DNA of 44,317 nucleotides, taken from the NCBI GenBank assembly GCA_964585425.1, contig CAZPDI010000003.1, positions 1 to 44,317 of the forward strand, in the 5' to 3' direction. Below are positions 23,420 to 31,979 of the stretch, in pieces. The position numbers and the translations under genes are program-made. Numbering within the stretch: position 1 is the stretch's first letter; each line of letters starts with the position of its first letter. The notes under the pieces are model-generated. The model ran no database searches and was not told the origin of the DNA. It saw only the letters and a program-made list of their open reading frames with translations. This stretch comes from an uncultured Candidatus Saccharibacteria bacterium (GTDB lineage: Bacteria > Patescibacteriota > Saccharimonadia > UBA4664 > CAYXHD01).

Positions 23420-24856
23420 ATGACGCGGCGCTCAAGACTATACAATTTACTGTTACGACCTCGATCCAGCCATCCCGATAAGCAACGACGAGAGTATATT
23501 TTTACTATTCTCATCGGCCTCTTTACGACCAGTGCGGCAATAACGCTACTATCTTCTGTGCTGAATCATATTGCCGGCAACAGTCCGCATAATACCAACT
23601 CCATCCCAATCACGGCTGGTTTCTTGGTTATTACAGCTGGGTTGTGGTGGCTGGCGCGTAAAGGGCACTATGAATTTGGCGCCTATGTCTTGAGCGCCTT
23701 AGTCTGGATGGCGAGTCTGCAGTTAATGCTGACGTGGAGTTTTGAGCTGCCCATGTCGCAACTAGTTAATGTCCTTGTGATTGCCGTGGTGGGTGTGGTG
23801 CTCAGCTCTACTGCTGCCGCGATCTTTACTCTGCTCGTCGTGGCCACAACCCTGAGCGTTGGCTATTTGCAGGTTCAGGGTGTGCTGGTTGCTAATACGC
23901 AATGGATGACGCAGCCGCTGGAGTTTTCCGACGCCGTAGGCCAGGCCGTAATATACATCATTATTGGTGGTATTTTATGGCTAGCAAATCGCGAAATCGA
24001 TAATTTGCTGCGCCGAGCCTGGCGGTCCGAGGCGGCATTGGCAAAAGAGCGTGATGAGTTAGAGGTAACGGTGGCTCGTCGAACCCGTGAGTTAGAGCAA
24101 GAGCAAATGGCCCGTGTTTTGGAATTGCAACAGTTTGCTGAGTTTGGACGAGTCAGCGCTAGCTTGCTTCATGATTTAGCAAATCCACTGACTGCGGCAG
24201 TGTTGCACCTGGAGGAAGAAGGCGAACGGCGCAGATCAAAACTCGTTAATCAGGCCATGCGTAGCATCGGTCATATTGAGCGCTATATTCTGGCGGCTCG
24301 TAAGCAATTGCAAGGTAGCTCCGAACCGCAGGTCTTTGTGGCCGAGGACGAAATAGTCGAAGTCATCGAGCTTGTACGCAACCAGGCCATAAAAGCGGGG
24401 CTTGCGATTCAGTTTAAGCCACCCAAGGTTCATCGCTTGCATGGTGATCTCGTTGCCTTTCATCGCGTAGTAGCAAATTTGCTGGTCAATGCAATTCAGG
24501 CCTACAGTGCCAAGCCTGGTCGCAAGCAGCCAATTGTTGTCACGACTTGGGATGATAATGCGGTTTTGTACATTAGCATTAAAGATCACGGTAGCGGCAT
24601 CGCCCAAACCGATTTACCGCATATATTCGAAGAGTTTTACACCACTAAAAAGCGTCTTGGCACAGGCCTGGGCCTTGGTTTGGCAAGCGCCAAACAAGTG
24701 ATCGAACAAAATTTTGGCGGTAGCATTACGGCCACGAGCTCACCCACTACTGGAACAATCTTTACGTTAGGAATACCACTTCATGAATCAACACATCGAA
24801 CAATCTCTGCAACGCGCCCAAAACTTTCTGGTTCGCGCTCAAAATCCAAACGGTAG
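23420..24856 (+). CDS. polytopic sensor histidine kinase
   Basis: AGGAAGAG RBS. About 6 TM helices, a coiled-coil linker, H-box SASLLHDLANPL, N-box LLVNAIQAY, G1 box KDHGSGI, G2 box GTGLGLGLA. Confidence 0.85.
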   Translation: MTRRSRLYNLLLRPRSSHPDKQRREYIFTILIGLFTTSAAITLLSSVLNHIAGNSPHNTNSIPITAGFLVITAGLWWLARKGHYEFGAYVLSALVWMASLQLMLTWSFELPMSQLVNVLVIAVVGVVLSSTAAAIFTLLVVATTLSVGYLQVQGVLVANTQWMTQPLEFSDAVGQAVIYIIIGGILWLANREIDNLLRRAWRSEAALAKERDELEVTVARRTRELEQEQMARVLELQQFAEFGRVSASLLHDLANPLTAAVLHLEEEGERRRSKLVNQAMRSIGHIERYILAARKQLQGSSEPQVFVAEDEIVEVIELVRNQAIKAGLAIQFKPPKVHRLHGDLVAFHRVVANLLVNAIQAYSAKPGRKQPIVVTTWDDNAVLYISIKDHGSGIAQTDLPHIFEEFYTTKKRLGTGLGLGLASAKQVIEQNFGGSITATSSPTTGTIFTLGIPLHESTHRTISATRPKLSGSRSKSKR

Positions 24857-26558
24857 TTTTACGGGTCGGTCTGATGATCGTCCGACAGACACCGTTTTCT
24901 TTACAGCACTTATTTTGGATTGTCTCAACACTGCGCAAGCAAATAGTGCTGCCCGGCAAAAAGCTGCAGATTATTTGCTGCGCCATAAAAGCCGCCAATG
25001 GAGCTGGAACTACTGGGAGCGAGGCAGCACCTCTAGATCCTATCCAGACGACTTAGATGATTCGGCCTGCGCCATAGCCAGCATAGTTGGGGTCAATCCC
25101 GAATTGGTAGATGTCGATGCCCAGGCAGCTATTGCTAAGAATCTTATTCAATGCGAGACCAAGCCTGGTGGTCCATACGTCACGTGGTTGGTGCGCTCGG
25201 CAGACACGCGCTGGCAAGATGTTGATCCGGCGGTCAACGCCAATATTGGCTATATGTTATCGCGACTCGGAGTCCAGACACTAGCCTTGCAGGAGTACAT
25301 CGAAACATGTCTAAAAAATCGTACTTTGCAATCGCCATACTATGTTGGCGGAGTACCAGCGTTGTACTTTATCGCTCGCTGGTATAAAGGATCAGCGCTA
25401 CCATTGTTGCGTTCCTATATTGCCATAGAATTAAGTAAATCAGGCTTGTCGACGCTGCAGCGAGCCATGCTTATTACCGCTGGATTAAACGCTGGTTGTC
25501 GCTCGGATTTGCTGCAGAGACACGTAGAGTACTTAGTGCAGGAGCAACATGACGATCATTGGGCATCCGCACCATTGTATTATGAGCCGCCCGAAGGCGG
25601 GAAGCAGCGCTATGCAGGCTCGGCCGAGCTGACTACTGCGTTTGTGGTAGAGGCTTTGCAGGTATTTGGGCATCGGCAGGCATCTGTGGTGTCGTTAGCG
25701 TCAGAGAACCCAACATCGCCTAAGTCGGTATACAAACAACTCTTGATACGCCAGACAAGCTCAGAGGTCATCGATATCGCCAGCACTATTGCGCGCGCCG
25801 GCGGCTGGAGGTTGAACGAGGTAGCCTTGCGTCATCTCAATCGGGGGAGTCGTAATGGCTGGTTGGCATACAGCATTTATGATGATGTACTAGATGGCGA
25901 TGGTGAGGTCTTGCACCTTTCTGTTGCCAATATGGCCTTGCGTCGTTCATTACTGCACTTTACTAAGGCTATTCCAGATACTCGCTTTCATTCTTTTATC
26001 GCCAAGGTGTTTGATGAGGTAGATGCGGCCAATGCTTGGGAGCTTACTCACGCTCGAGATGCAAATCAGTTACCACGATACGGTGCCTACAAGATGTTGG
26101 CGCAACGATCTTGGGGCCATGTTATAGCTCCCACCGGTGTAATGGTTTTAGCCGGTTACGCACTTGACAGCCCCGAAGTTGCGCAGCTGCATACCTTTTT
26201 TCGCCAGTACATTATCGCCAAACAGCTCTGTGATGATGCTCATGACTGGTTACCCGATTTGCGTGCCGAGCATATAACTCCTATCGTGGCCTTGTTGCTT
26301 AGAGAGCTGCCGCAGGCGGATGAGGTATCTCATCAATTGCATTTTTGGCGACATACTATTGATGAGGTTAATAGCTTAATTCGTGAGCATCTCGCTCGAG
26401 CCGAACAAACGTTGCGCGAATGCAGATTTATTGTGCATAAAGATGAAATACTCCAATGGCTAACTGCCCTTGAACGCAGTTGCGCTCGGGCTGAGCAGGC
26501 CAGAGAGGAGGCACGCCAGTTTATTACGGCCTTTAGTGCCAGGAGTCTGGTAGACTAG
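24783..26558 (+). CDS. two-domain terpenoid enzyme: N-terminal squalene-cyclase/prenyltransferase-type alpha-alpha toroid with DxDD motif, fused to a C-terminal polyprenyl-synthase-like domain with two DDxxD motifs
   Basis: DDLDDSA at aa 89-95 (25047..25067). QW-like repeats (NPNGSF, QWSWNYWE, KPGGPYVTW). DDVLD at aa 367-371 (25881..25895). DDAHD at aa 484-488 (26232..26246). The start overlaps the HK 3' end by 74 nt. Confidence 0.6.
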   Translation: MNQHIEQSLQRAQNFLVRAQNPNGSFTGRSDDRPTDTVFFTALILDCLNTAQANSAARQKAADYLLRHKSRQWSWNYWERGSTSRSYPDDLDDSACAIASIVGVNPELVDVDAQAAIAKNLIQCETKPGGPYVTWLVRSADTRWQDVDPAVNANIGYMLSRLGVQTLALQEYIETCLKNRTLQSPYYVGGVPALYFIARWYKGSALPLLRSYIAIELSKSGLSTLQRAMLITAGLNAGCRSDLLQRHVEYLVQEQHDDHWASAPLYYEPPEGGKQRYAGSAELTTAFVVEALQVFGHRQASVVSLASENPTSPKSVYKQLLIRQTSSEVIDIASTIARAGGWRLNEVALRHLNRGSRNGWLAYSIYDDVLDGDGEVLHLSVANMALRRSLLHFTKAIPDTRFHSFIAKVFDEVDAANAWELTHARDANQLPRYGAYKMLAQRSWGHVIAPTGVMVLAGYALDSPEVAQLHTFFRQYIIAKQLCDDAHDWLPDLRAEHITPIVALLLRELPQADEVSHQLHFWRHTIDEVNSLIREHLARAEQTLRECRFIVHKDEILQWLTALERSCARAEQAREEARQFITAFSARSLVD

Positions 26559-26562
26559 TGAT

Positions 26563-26721
26563 ATGGCCATTACACCAACCTGCGATATATGTGGAACAGA
26601 GCTCAAGGACTTTGGGGCAATCGTACTTAGTCCTCCCGATGAGTCCGGGCAAGTTGATAAGTTTCATGTTTGTAAGTCATGCTATGATGGGCAGATTCTT
26701 GACTTGCTGCACTCCAGGTAG
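26563..26721 (+). CDS. candidate 52-aa zinc-ribbon protein (below the ORF-track cutoff)
   Basis: My translation is MAITPTCDICGTELKDFGAIVLSPPDESGQVDKFHVCKSCYDGQILDLLHSR, with two CxxC pairs. It starts 4 nt after the upstream stop. Confidence 0.4.
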   Translation: MAITPTCDICGTELKDFGAIVLSPPDESGQVDKFHVCKSCYDGQILDLLHSR

Positions 26722-26738
26722 AAACGTATAATATAGGT

Positions 26739-27485
26739 ATGAAAACACAAGCTCCAACTCGTTATACATTAGACGACCATGACCTTATTATGCATGACCC
26801 GGAAACGCCGTATGTGCTGCGGTTCCGAGACATTCCTGATGAAGATAAGCCCCGCGAGAAGCTACTAAAAGCGGGTGTTAAAAACCTAAGTGTCGCCGAG
26901 TTAATGGCGGTAGTTTTAGGGGTCGGCACATCCAAAGAGGACGTTTTGGCGATGTCCAGGCGCATTACCAAAGAATATGGCGAAAAAGCCCTTACGACCG
27001 AACTTAACCCTGAAGTTCTGGCCAATGCCTTAGATATTCCGCTTACCAAAGCTTGCCAGATTGTGGCTAGTTTTGAGATGGGGCGACGATACTTTGCTAA
27101 GCAACCAGGCACCGTATTTATTCGCCAGAGCAAACAGGCATACGATTACCTTAAAGATATGGGAAATTTGCGCAAGGAGCAGCTGCGCGGCTTGTACCTT
27201 AACAGTCGTTATCAGGTTATCCATGAGGAGGTTATTTCGATGGGTAGCTTAACTGCTAACATCGTTCATCCGCGCGAGGTCTTTCAGCCAGCTATCGAGC
27301 ATGGTGCTATTGCTATTATCTTGGCTCACAATCATCCGTCGGGTCGCATTAACCCAACACACGCTGATTTAGAGATAACTGATCTATTAGTTAAGGCCGG
27401 TCAACTTATGGGGATTGTTATTGTTGACCATCTTATTATCACAGCTACACGTCATGTTAGTTTGATGCAGACTATTTCGGAATAA
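26739..27485 (+). CDS. radC: RadC-family JAB-domain protein
   Basis: N-terminal HhH-like LSVAELMAVVLGVGT and the JAMM motif ILAHNHPSG...P...D. TATAAT box lies 6 nt upstream of the ATG. Confidence 0.85.
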   Translation: MKTQAPTRYTLDDHDLIMHDPETPYVLRFRDIPDEDKPREKLLKAGVKNLSVAELMAVVLGVGTSKEDVLAMSRRITKEYGEKALTTELNPEVLANALDIPLTKACQIVASFEMGRRYFAKQPGTVFIRQSKQAYDYLKDMGNLRKEQLRGLYLNSRYQVIHEEVISMGSLTANIVHPREVFQPAIEHGAIAIILAHNHPSGRINPTHADLEITDLLVKAGQLMGIVIVDHLIITATRHVSLMQTISE

Positions 27486-27523
27486 GCACGACAGTAAAAC
27501 AGCCTCAGCAACTTTTAGATTTG

Positions 27524-27967
27524 TTACTTTCCGTTTTGAATGGTCGTGGCCCCAAAAGTGCCAGTTGCGCCAATTGTGCCAACCACAATAACCGGCGTTC
27601 CAGTTTTTAGATTAATGGTGGGCTGTGTGGTCGACAGGTCGTCGGTAAAATAACGAGTCTTTTCGGTAATTGCCAATGCCACAACCGTACCGTCTGTAAG
27701 CTTGATCGTAAAACCATCTTTTTTACGAGACTGGACAACGCCGTTTAATCTAAAGAACCCAGAACTACGAGATCCTATGGTATTTTTTTGTTGAGCAGAC
27801 GGCTTGAGCTTGCTCGCGTCCGGCCATTGCATGACAGCCTTGCTCTTAGCGGTTCTGGAGCCTTGTTTGACACCTACCTTATAAGCAAGGGTAACTGCCA
27901 GTGCCAGGATTGCCAGCAGAGCTATGCCGGTCAAGATAAGCTTGCGATGACGCTTAATAGGTTTCAC
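27524..27967 (-). CDS. hypothetical membrane-anchored protein (DUF5666-like beta domain)
   Basis: GTG start after AAGGAG. One N-terminal TM helix, then a pattern of the form GFTIKLTDGTVVALAITEKT...GTPVIVVG. Confidence 0.5.
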   Translation of the reverse strand: MKPIKRHRKLILTGIALLAILALAVTLAYKVGVKQGSRTAKSKAVMQWPDASKLKPSAQQKNTIGSRSSGFFRLNGVVQSRKKDGFTIKLTDGTVVALAITEKTRYFTDDLSTTQPTINLKTGTPVIVVGTIGATGTFGATTIQNGK

Positions 27968-27987
27968 GTAGTATATCTCCTTGTTAA

Positions 27988-28320
27988 CTAACGGTTATCG
28001 CCGCTGCCGCCCAGTACGCCCCGCTCTTGGCGAGAGGCCAGCTTGGCAAGGTTGTTTTGTGCCACTTGATCTAAATTAATCTCCAGCTCGGTAGCTAGTT
28101 GGGCAATATACCAGAGGACGTCACCGAGCTCCTTGCCAATATCCTGACGACGCTCATCGTCGATGACACCCTGGTTGTCTCGGACGACCTTTTTGAGTTT
28201 GCCGGTAACTTCGCCGGCCTCATTTGCTAGGCCAAGTGCCGGATACATCCAGCCGTGCCCATCGACCTTAGGGTAGAGCGCTGTTTTTGTTGCCTTATCT
28301 TGGTATTCGCTAAAATTCAT
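27988..28320 (-). CDS. MazG-like nucleotide pyrophosphohydrolase (110 aa)
   Basis: EAGEVTGKLKK and ELGDVLWY motifs. I prefer ATG at 28320 because TGCTATACT-ggaggt-ATG fits the recurrent leaderless pattern. The track start (TTG at 28341) has no signal. Confidence 0.75.
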   Translation of the reverse strand: MNFSEYQDKATKTALYPKVDGHGWMYPALGLANEAGEVTGKLKKVVRDNQGVIDDERRQDIGKELGDVLWYIAQLATELEINLDQVAQNNLAKLASRQERGVLGGSGDNR

Positions 28321-28366
28321 ACCTCCAGTATAGCAGCCCAAGAATTGTTCGTGCTACAATACGCTT

Positions 28367-28537
28367 ATGGCAACTAAAAAAACTACTAAAAAACCAAGTT
28401 CAACCAAAGCTGGCGTGAGCGCAAAAGCAAAGCAGCAACAACAACTCGCCGCCTCGGTAGGCCCGTTACTGACCATTATTGGTGTTTTGGCGGTTGTAAC
28501 CCTACTGCTTGGTTGTTATATCATGATTATTCAATAA
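28367..28537 (+). CDS. candidate 56-aa Lys-rich N-terminus / single-TM protein (below the ORF-track cutoff)
   Basis: My translation is MATKKTTKKPSSTKAGVSAKAKQQQQLAASVGPLLTIIGVLAVVTLLLGCYIMIIQ. TGCTACAAT box lies 6 nt upstream of the ATG. Confidence 0.4.
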   Translation: MATKKTTKKPSSTKAGVSAKAKQQQQLAASVGPLLTIIGVLAVVTLLLGCYIMIIQ

Positions 28538-28540
28538 GAG

Positions 28541-29230
28541 TTATAACGGTTTCGCAGTAGAGGATACCACCGTATAGCCAACCCCGTGCACGGTTTTTAT
28601 GCTATGTGCGCCAAATGGTCGATCCACTTTATCGCGCAGATATTTTATATGCACATCAACGGTGTTATTCCACGTACTTTCGCTACTATCCCAGCCATTA
28701 TTGACCAGTTGTTCACGGCTCAGCACGGTGTAAGGGCTCAACATCAATTGCTCCAAAATAATATATTCCTTATTGCGTAACGGTATTTCTTTGCCTTGAC
28801 GGAAGGCAGAGTGTCGATCCAGGTCGAGCATCAAATCGCCTACAGTTATTTGGCGTGTCGGAGGCTGACGCAGCGCTTGGCGACGCAATAGGGCACGTAT
28901 CCTGGCAACTACTTCTTTTTTACGAAACGGTTTGGTTATGTAGTCGTCGGCGCCAGCCTCTAATAACTCAACCATAACAGTTGGTCGATCTTCGGCCGTA
29001 ATAACTAAAATGGGCATATTTTGGTCATTGCTGCGCAGTGCGCGGCACACTTCTAGACCGTGCATGTCGGGCAAGTGTAGATCTAATATAACAAGATTAA
29101 AATCGTTTTCTTCGGCGAGCTCCAGGGCTCGTTCGCCGCTGCAAGCAACCTCGACCACGTAATAGCCGCCAACCATCGTACGTAAACCGTCGGCTAGTTC
29201 TTGGTCGTCTTCAACGATCAATATCTTCAT
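28541..29230 (-). CDS. OmpR/PhoB-family response regulator
   Basis: Receiver domain (DD...D52-type LVILDLHLPDM, K in ITKPF) plus a winged-helix trans_reg_C domain (VDVHIKYLRDKV, IKTVHGVGY). Confidence 0.9.
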   Translation of the reverse strand: MKILIVEDDQELADGLRTMVGGYYVVEVACSGERALELAEENDFNLVILDLHLPDMHGLEVCRALRSNDQNMPILVITAEDRPTVMVELLEAGADDYITKPFRKKEVVARIRALLRRQALRQPPTRQITVGDLMLDLDRHSAFRQGKEIPLRNKEYIILEQLMLSPYTVLSREQLVNNGWDSSESTWNNTVDVHIKYLRDKVDRPFGAHSIKTVHGVGYTVVSSTAKPL

Positions 29231-29295
29231 CCTTCGCTCCCTTACTACATCGTATAGATATTAAAACAGTATTAAATACTTTGCACTACCAGCAT

Positions 29296-29465
29296 GGCCA
29301 GGCGGTACATATAGTAGTCAGCGACCACTACGTACCGCCTGAACAATAAGGAAAAAAACCAGGGGTCCCCGCGCCCAGGTGTGCCGAAGGTGGGCGCGTG
29401 CTAGCGATGGCAAGAATGGGGTGCGTTACTGTAGTTACTCGCCACTGCCAGTCAGATGGGACACT
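29296..29465. other. GC-rich, hairpin-dense intergenic element (candidate structured RNA; strand and identity unresolved)
   Basis: GGCGGTAC (29301..29308) pairs with GTACCGCC (29333..29340), with an inner GTAGT/ACTAC stem. CGCGCCCA pairs with TGGGCGCG around 29370..29398. The flanks on both sides are AT-rich. Confidence 0.3.
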
Positions 29466-29585
29466 TAAATAGTATTTGATACATATTAAAAAATTCTTAA
29501 ATATATCGCGATTTTTGAAATTTTCTTATCCATAAGCATTTTCGATAGCTTGGTGGAGGGATTATTACAGGTTATAATATGAAGC

Positions 29586-30827
29586 ATGAGCAAAAAGAAA
29601 GCCCCCGCATTGATTTTTCACAAGAGTGAGCGTGCTACGCAATTTATGGAGCTTCCACTCGCCGAACGCCTGGAGTTTTTTAGGCGCAGCACAATTGCGA
29701 GCAGAAAAGATATTGCTGTCCATGTGCCCGATATTGATTTGATACAACTGCTGGAGGCGGTTGACCCCGATGAGGCCACCGACATTCTGCAAATGCTCAG
29801 TAAGCATCGTCGCGATCGAGTGCTCGTTTTGCTGGGTGATGGTGTTAAGTCCTCGCTCGAGACGCTCTTAGAGTTTGACCCCGAGACAGCTGCTGGACTC
29901 ATGACTCTTGATTATATTCAGGTTGATGTTAAAGACAATATATCGAGTGTCGCCAAGCGGTTTAGGGAGCACGAAAAGCGCACTGGACGGCCGCCGGTCA
30001 TCCTGGCTATGAAGGAAGGGCGTCTGGCCGGCTTTTTGCCAGGTCATGAGCTCGGATTTGCGGCCCGTCATGAGTTGATTGGTAAGTACGTTAAGCGCAT
30101 GCCCTCTATTAAGCACACTGCCTCGCACGATGACGTATTGGAGCTGTTCCGATCGCATCCTCACGCCAAAGTAGCAGTTTATAACGAAGATAAAAATGTT
30201 TTAGGCATTATTTATTCGGATGACGTACTAAAGCTCATCGAAGATCAGCCTGCCTCCTCATTGTATGACTTTGCCGGTGTTAGCTCGGAGGAAGAAGTTG
30301 ATGACAGCGCGCGTAAAAAAGTTAAATTTCGTTACAAGTGGCTAATTATTAACCTCGCTACGGCCTTTTTGGCTTCGTTTGTCGTTAGTCAATTTGAATC
30401 GACTATTTCGCAGTATGTGCTTTTGGCGGTGTACATGCCCATCGTAGCTGGGATGGGTGGTAACTCGGCGACTCAAACGCTAGCCGTTATGGTGCGTGGT
30501 ATATCGTTGCGGAAGATTACGCTAGGATCAGCTTGGAAGACACTTAAAAGCGAAGTTGGTGCTGGTGCCCTGAACGGCGTTATTAATGGTGTGCTGGTTG
30601 CTTTGGTGGTTATCCTTAAAGACCATGATTATAAGATTGCCCTCATCTTGGCCTTGGCCATGATAATTAACCTACTGGTCGCTGCGATATTTGGAACAAT
30701 GGTTCCCTTGGTTATGTCTAAGCTCCATAAAGATCCAGCCTCTTCGGCGACCATTTTTATTACTACCGCTACTGATGTATTGGGGTTTTTAGCCTTCCTC
30801 GGCTTAGCAACCGTAATCTTGCGTTAA
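29586..30827 (+). CDS. mgtE: magnesium transporter MgtE
   Basis: N-domain, CBS pair and a 5-TM C-terminal domain with the characteristic PIVAGMGGNSATQTLAV motif. TATAAT box lies 7 nt upstream of the ATG. Confidence 0.9.
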   Translation: MSKKKAPALIFHKSERATQFMELPLAERLEFFRRSTIASRKDIAVHVPDIDLIQLLEAVDPDEATDILQMLSKHRRDRVLVLLGDGVKSSLETLLEFDPETAAGLMTLDYIQVDVKDNISSVAKRFREHEKRTGRPPVILAMKEGRLAGFLPGHELGFAARHELIGKYVKRMPSIKHTASHDDVLELFRSHPHAKVAVYNEDKNVLGIIYSDDVLKLIEDQPASSLYDFAGVSSEEEVDDSARKKVKFRYKWLIINLATAFLASFVVSQFESTISQYVLLAVYMPIVAGMGGNSATQTLAVMVRGISLRKITLGSAWKTLKSEVGAGALNGVINGVLVALVVILKDHDYKIALILALAMIINLLVAAIFGTMVPLVMSKLHKDPASSATIFITTATDVLGFLAFLGLATVILR

Positions 30828-30846
30828 AAGTTGCTATACTAGAGGC

Positions 30847-31374
30847 ATGAAACGACGTTACGGACTGATGCTCTTTATTGCTGCCATGGCTATTGTCTTG
30901 CTGGGCTGTAGTCTGTTGGTTAGAAACCGCCAGGAAGCTGCGAATCAGGCCAAGCAAATTATTGTTAATGACCAAGCAGGCGCGAATGTAGAGACCGAGC
31001 TGCTTAAACTTAAGGTGTACGCCGCCAGCCACATGAAGGTAAACGTCCAGTTTACGCTCACAGGTAGTTACAATCGTGCGGTCGAGGCGGCAAAGGCCGA
31101 GGCCAACAAATCAAATGCTACCTATGCCGCGGCGCAGGCCGCCTGCGATAAAAAAGGTGTTGATTCAATCCGGCAGTCAAAGTGTGTGGCCGCCTACATC
31201 GCCGCCAATCCTAGCCCAATGGCCGCTCCTAAAATGCCAGACATAGCAGTGTATCAGCGCAGCTACGTAGGGCCAGCCTGGAGTCTTGACTTGGCTGGTA
31301 TCCTCCTGCTTATTGGCTCGGGATTGGGAATATTTGCCGTCGCCAGTGTTGTACACCGTACTGTTACAAAATAA
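30847..31374 (+). CDS. hypothetical lipoprotein-like protein with C-terminal TM helix
   Basis: Lipobox-like VLLGCS after the signal h-region. TGCTATACT box lies 6 nt upstream of the ATG. Confidence 0.5.
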   Translation: MKRRYGLMLFIAAMAIVLLGCSLLVRNRQEAANQAKQIIVNDQAGANVETELLKLKVYAASHMKVNVQFTLTGSYNRAVEAAKAEANKSNATYAAAQAACDKKGVDSIRQSKCVAAYIAANPSPMAAPKMPDIAVYQRSYVGPAWSLDLAGILLLIGSGLGIFAVASVVHRTVTK

Positions 31375-31397
31375 TGCTTTAGCTTATAATAATGGTT

Positions 31398-31979
31398 ATG
31401 AATAAAAAACTGCTGCGTGATTTTATTACGCCGACCCCTACACAGGCTTTTTGGTGCTCAGTCTTGGCACTTACAAGTGTTTTCTTTGTATATCGGAACG
31501 TGCTGATTGATCGTTTATCCAATGGACAGGCCGTTTCGCCCGATCTGGTAGGGGAGACTTTTAAATCGCAGCTCGCCATGCTGAATCAATATCAGGGAGT
31601 GCAGACCGCGGTAATCGTGACCTTTTGGGCGCTGGTCGGCCTCTGTACATTCGCTATTTACGCGGCGATCCGCAATAGTGGTAGCACCGTCCTCGATGAA
31701 GTTACCATTAATCGAGAATATACTAATGGCAAGGCGCATCCCAAGCAGTACAGCTGGGTGGCCATCCGTATCGGTGCGGCCATTGGTTTGATAATTAGCT
31801 TGCAAGTTGCCTGGCGCTTCGCCTTGCCCGGCTGGTTTAGTCTTATAGAGCAATTTATGCTTGGTTCAATCAGTTTGGCTAGTATGGTCAGTTTGCTTAT
31901 TGGGCTGCTTGGCTTAACGGCCACTTATTATCTGTTATGGCTCTTCTTGCACACAGCCATTATTGCTGATCGAATATAA
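31398..31979 (+). CDS. hypothetical polytopic membrane protein
   Basis: Four or more TM helices. I prefer ATG at 31398 (TATAAT at 31385..31390 plus 7 nt). The track start at 31392 would lie only 1 nt after the -10 box. Confidence 0.5.
   Translation: MNKKLLRDFITPTPTQAFWCSVLALTSVFFVYRNVLIDRLSNGQAVSPDLVGETFKSQLAMLNQYQGVQTAVIVTFWALVGLCTFAIYAAIRNSGSTVLDEVTINREYTNGKAHPKQYSWVAIRIGAAIGLIISLQVAWRFALPGWFSLIEQFMLGSISLASMVSLLIGLLGLTATYYLLWLFLHTAIIADRI

Noticed and set aside
29296-29585. M-box (ykoK) magnesium riboswitch upstream of mgtE
   Set aside because: I could not place the conserved M-box segments in the correct order by eye. The element is separated from mgtE by the apparent promoter. I kept it only as an unidentified structured element, and a cmscan would be decisive.
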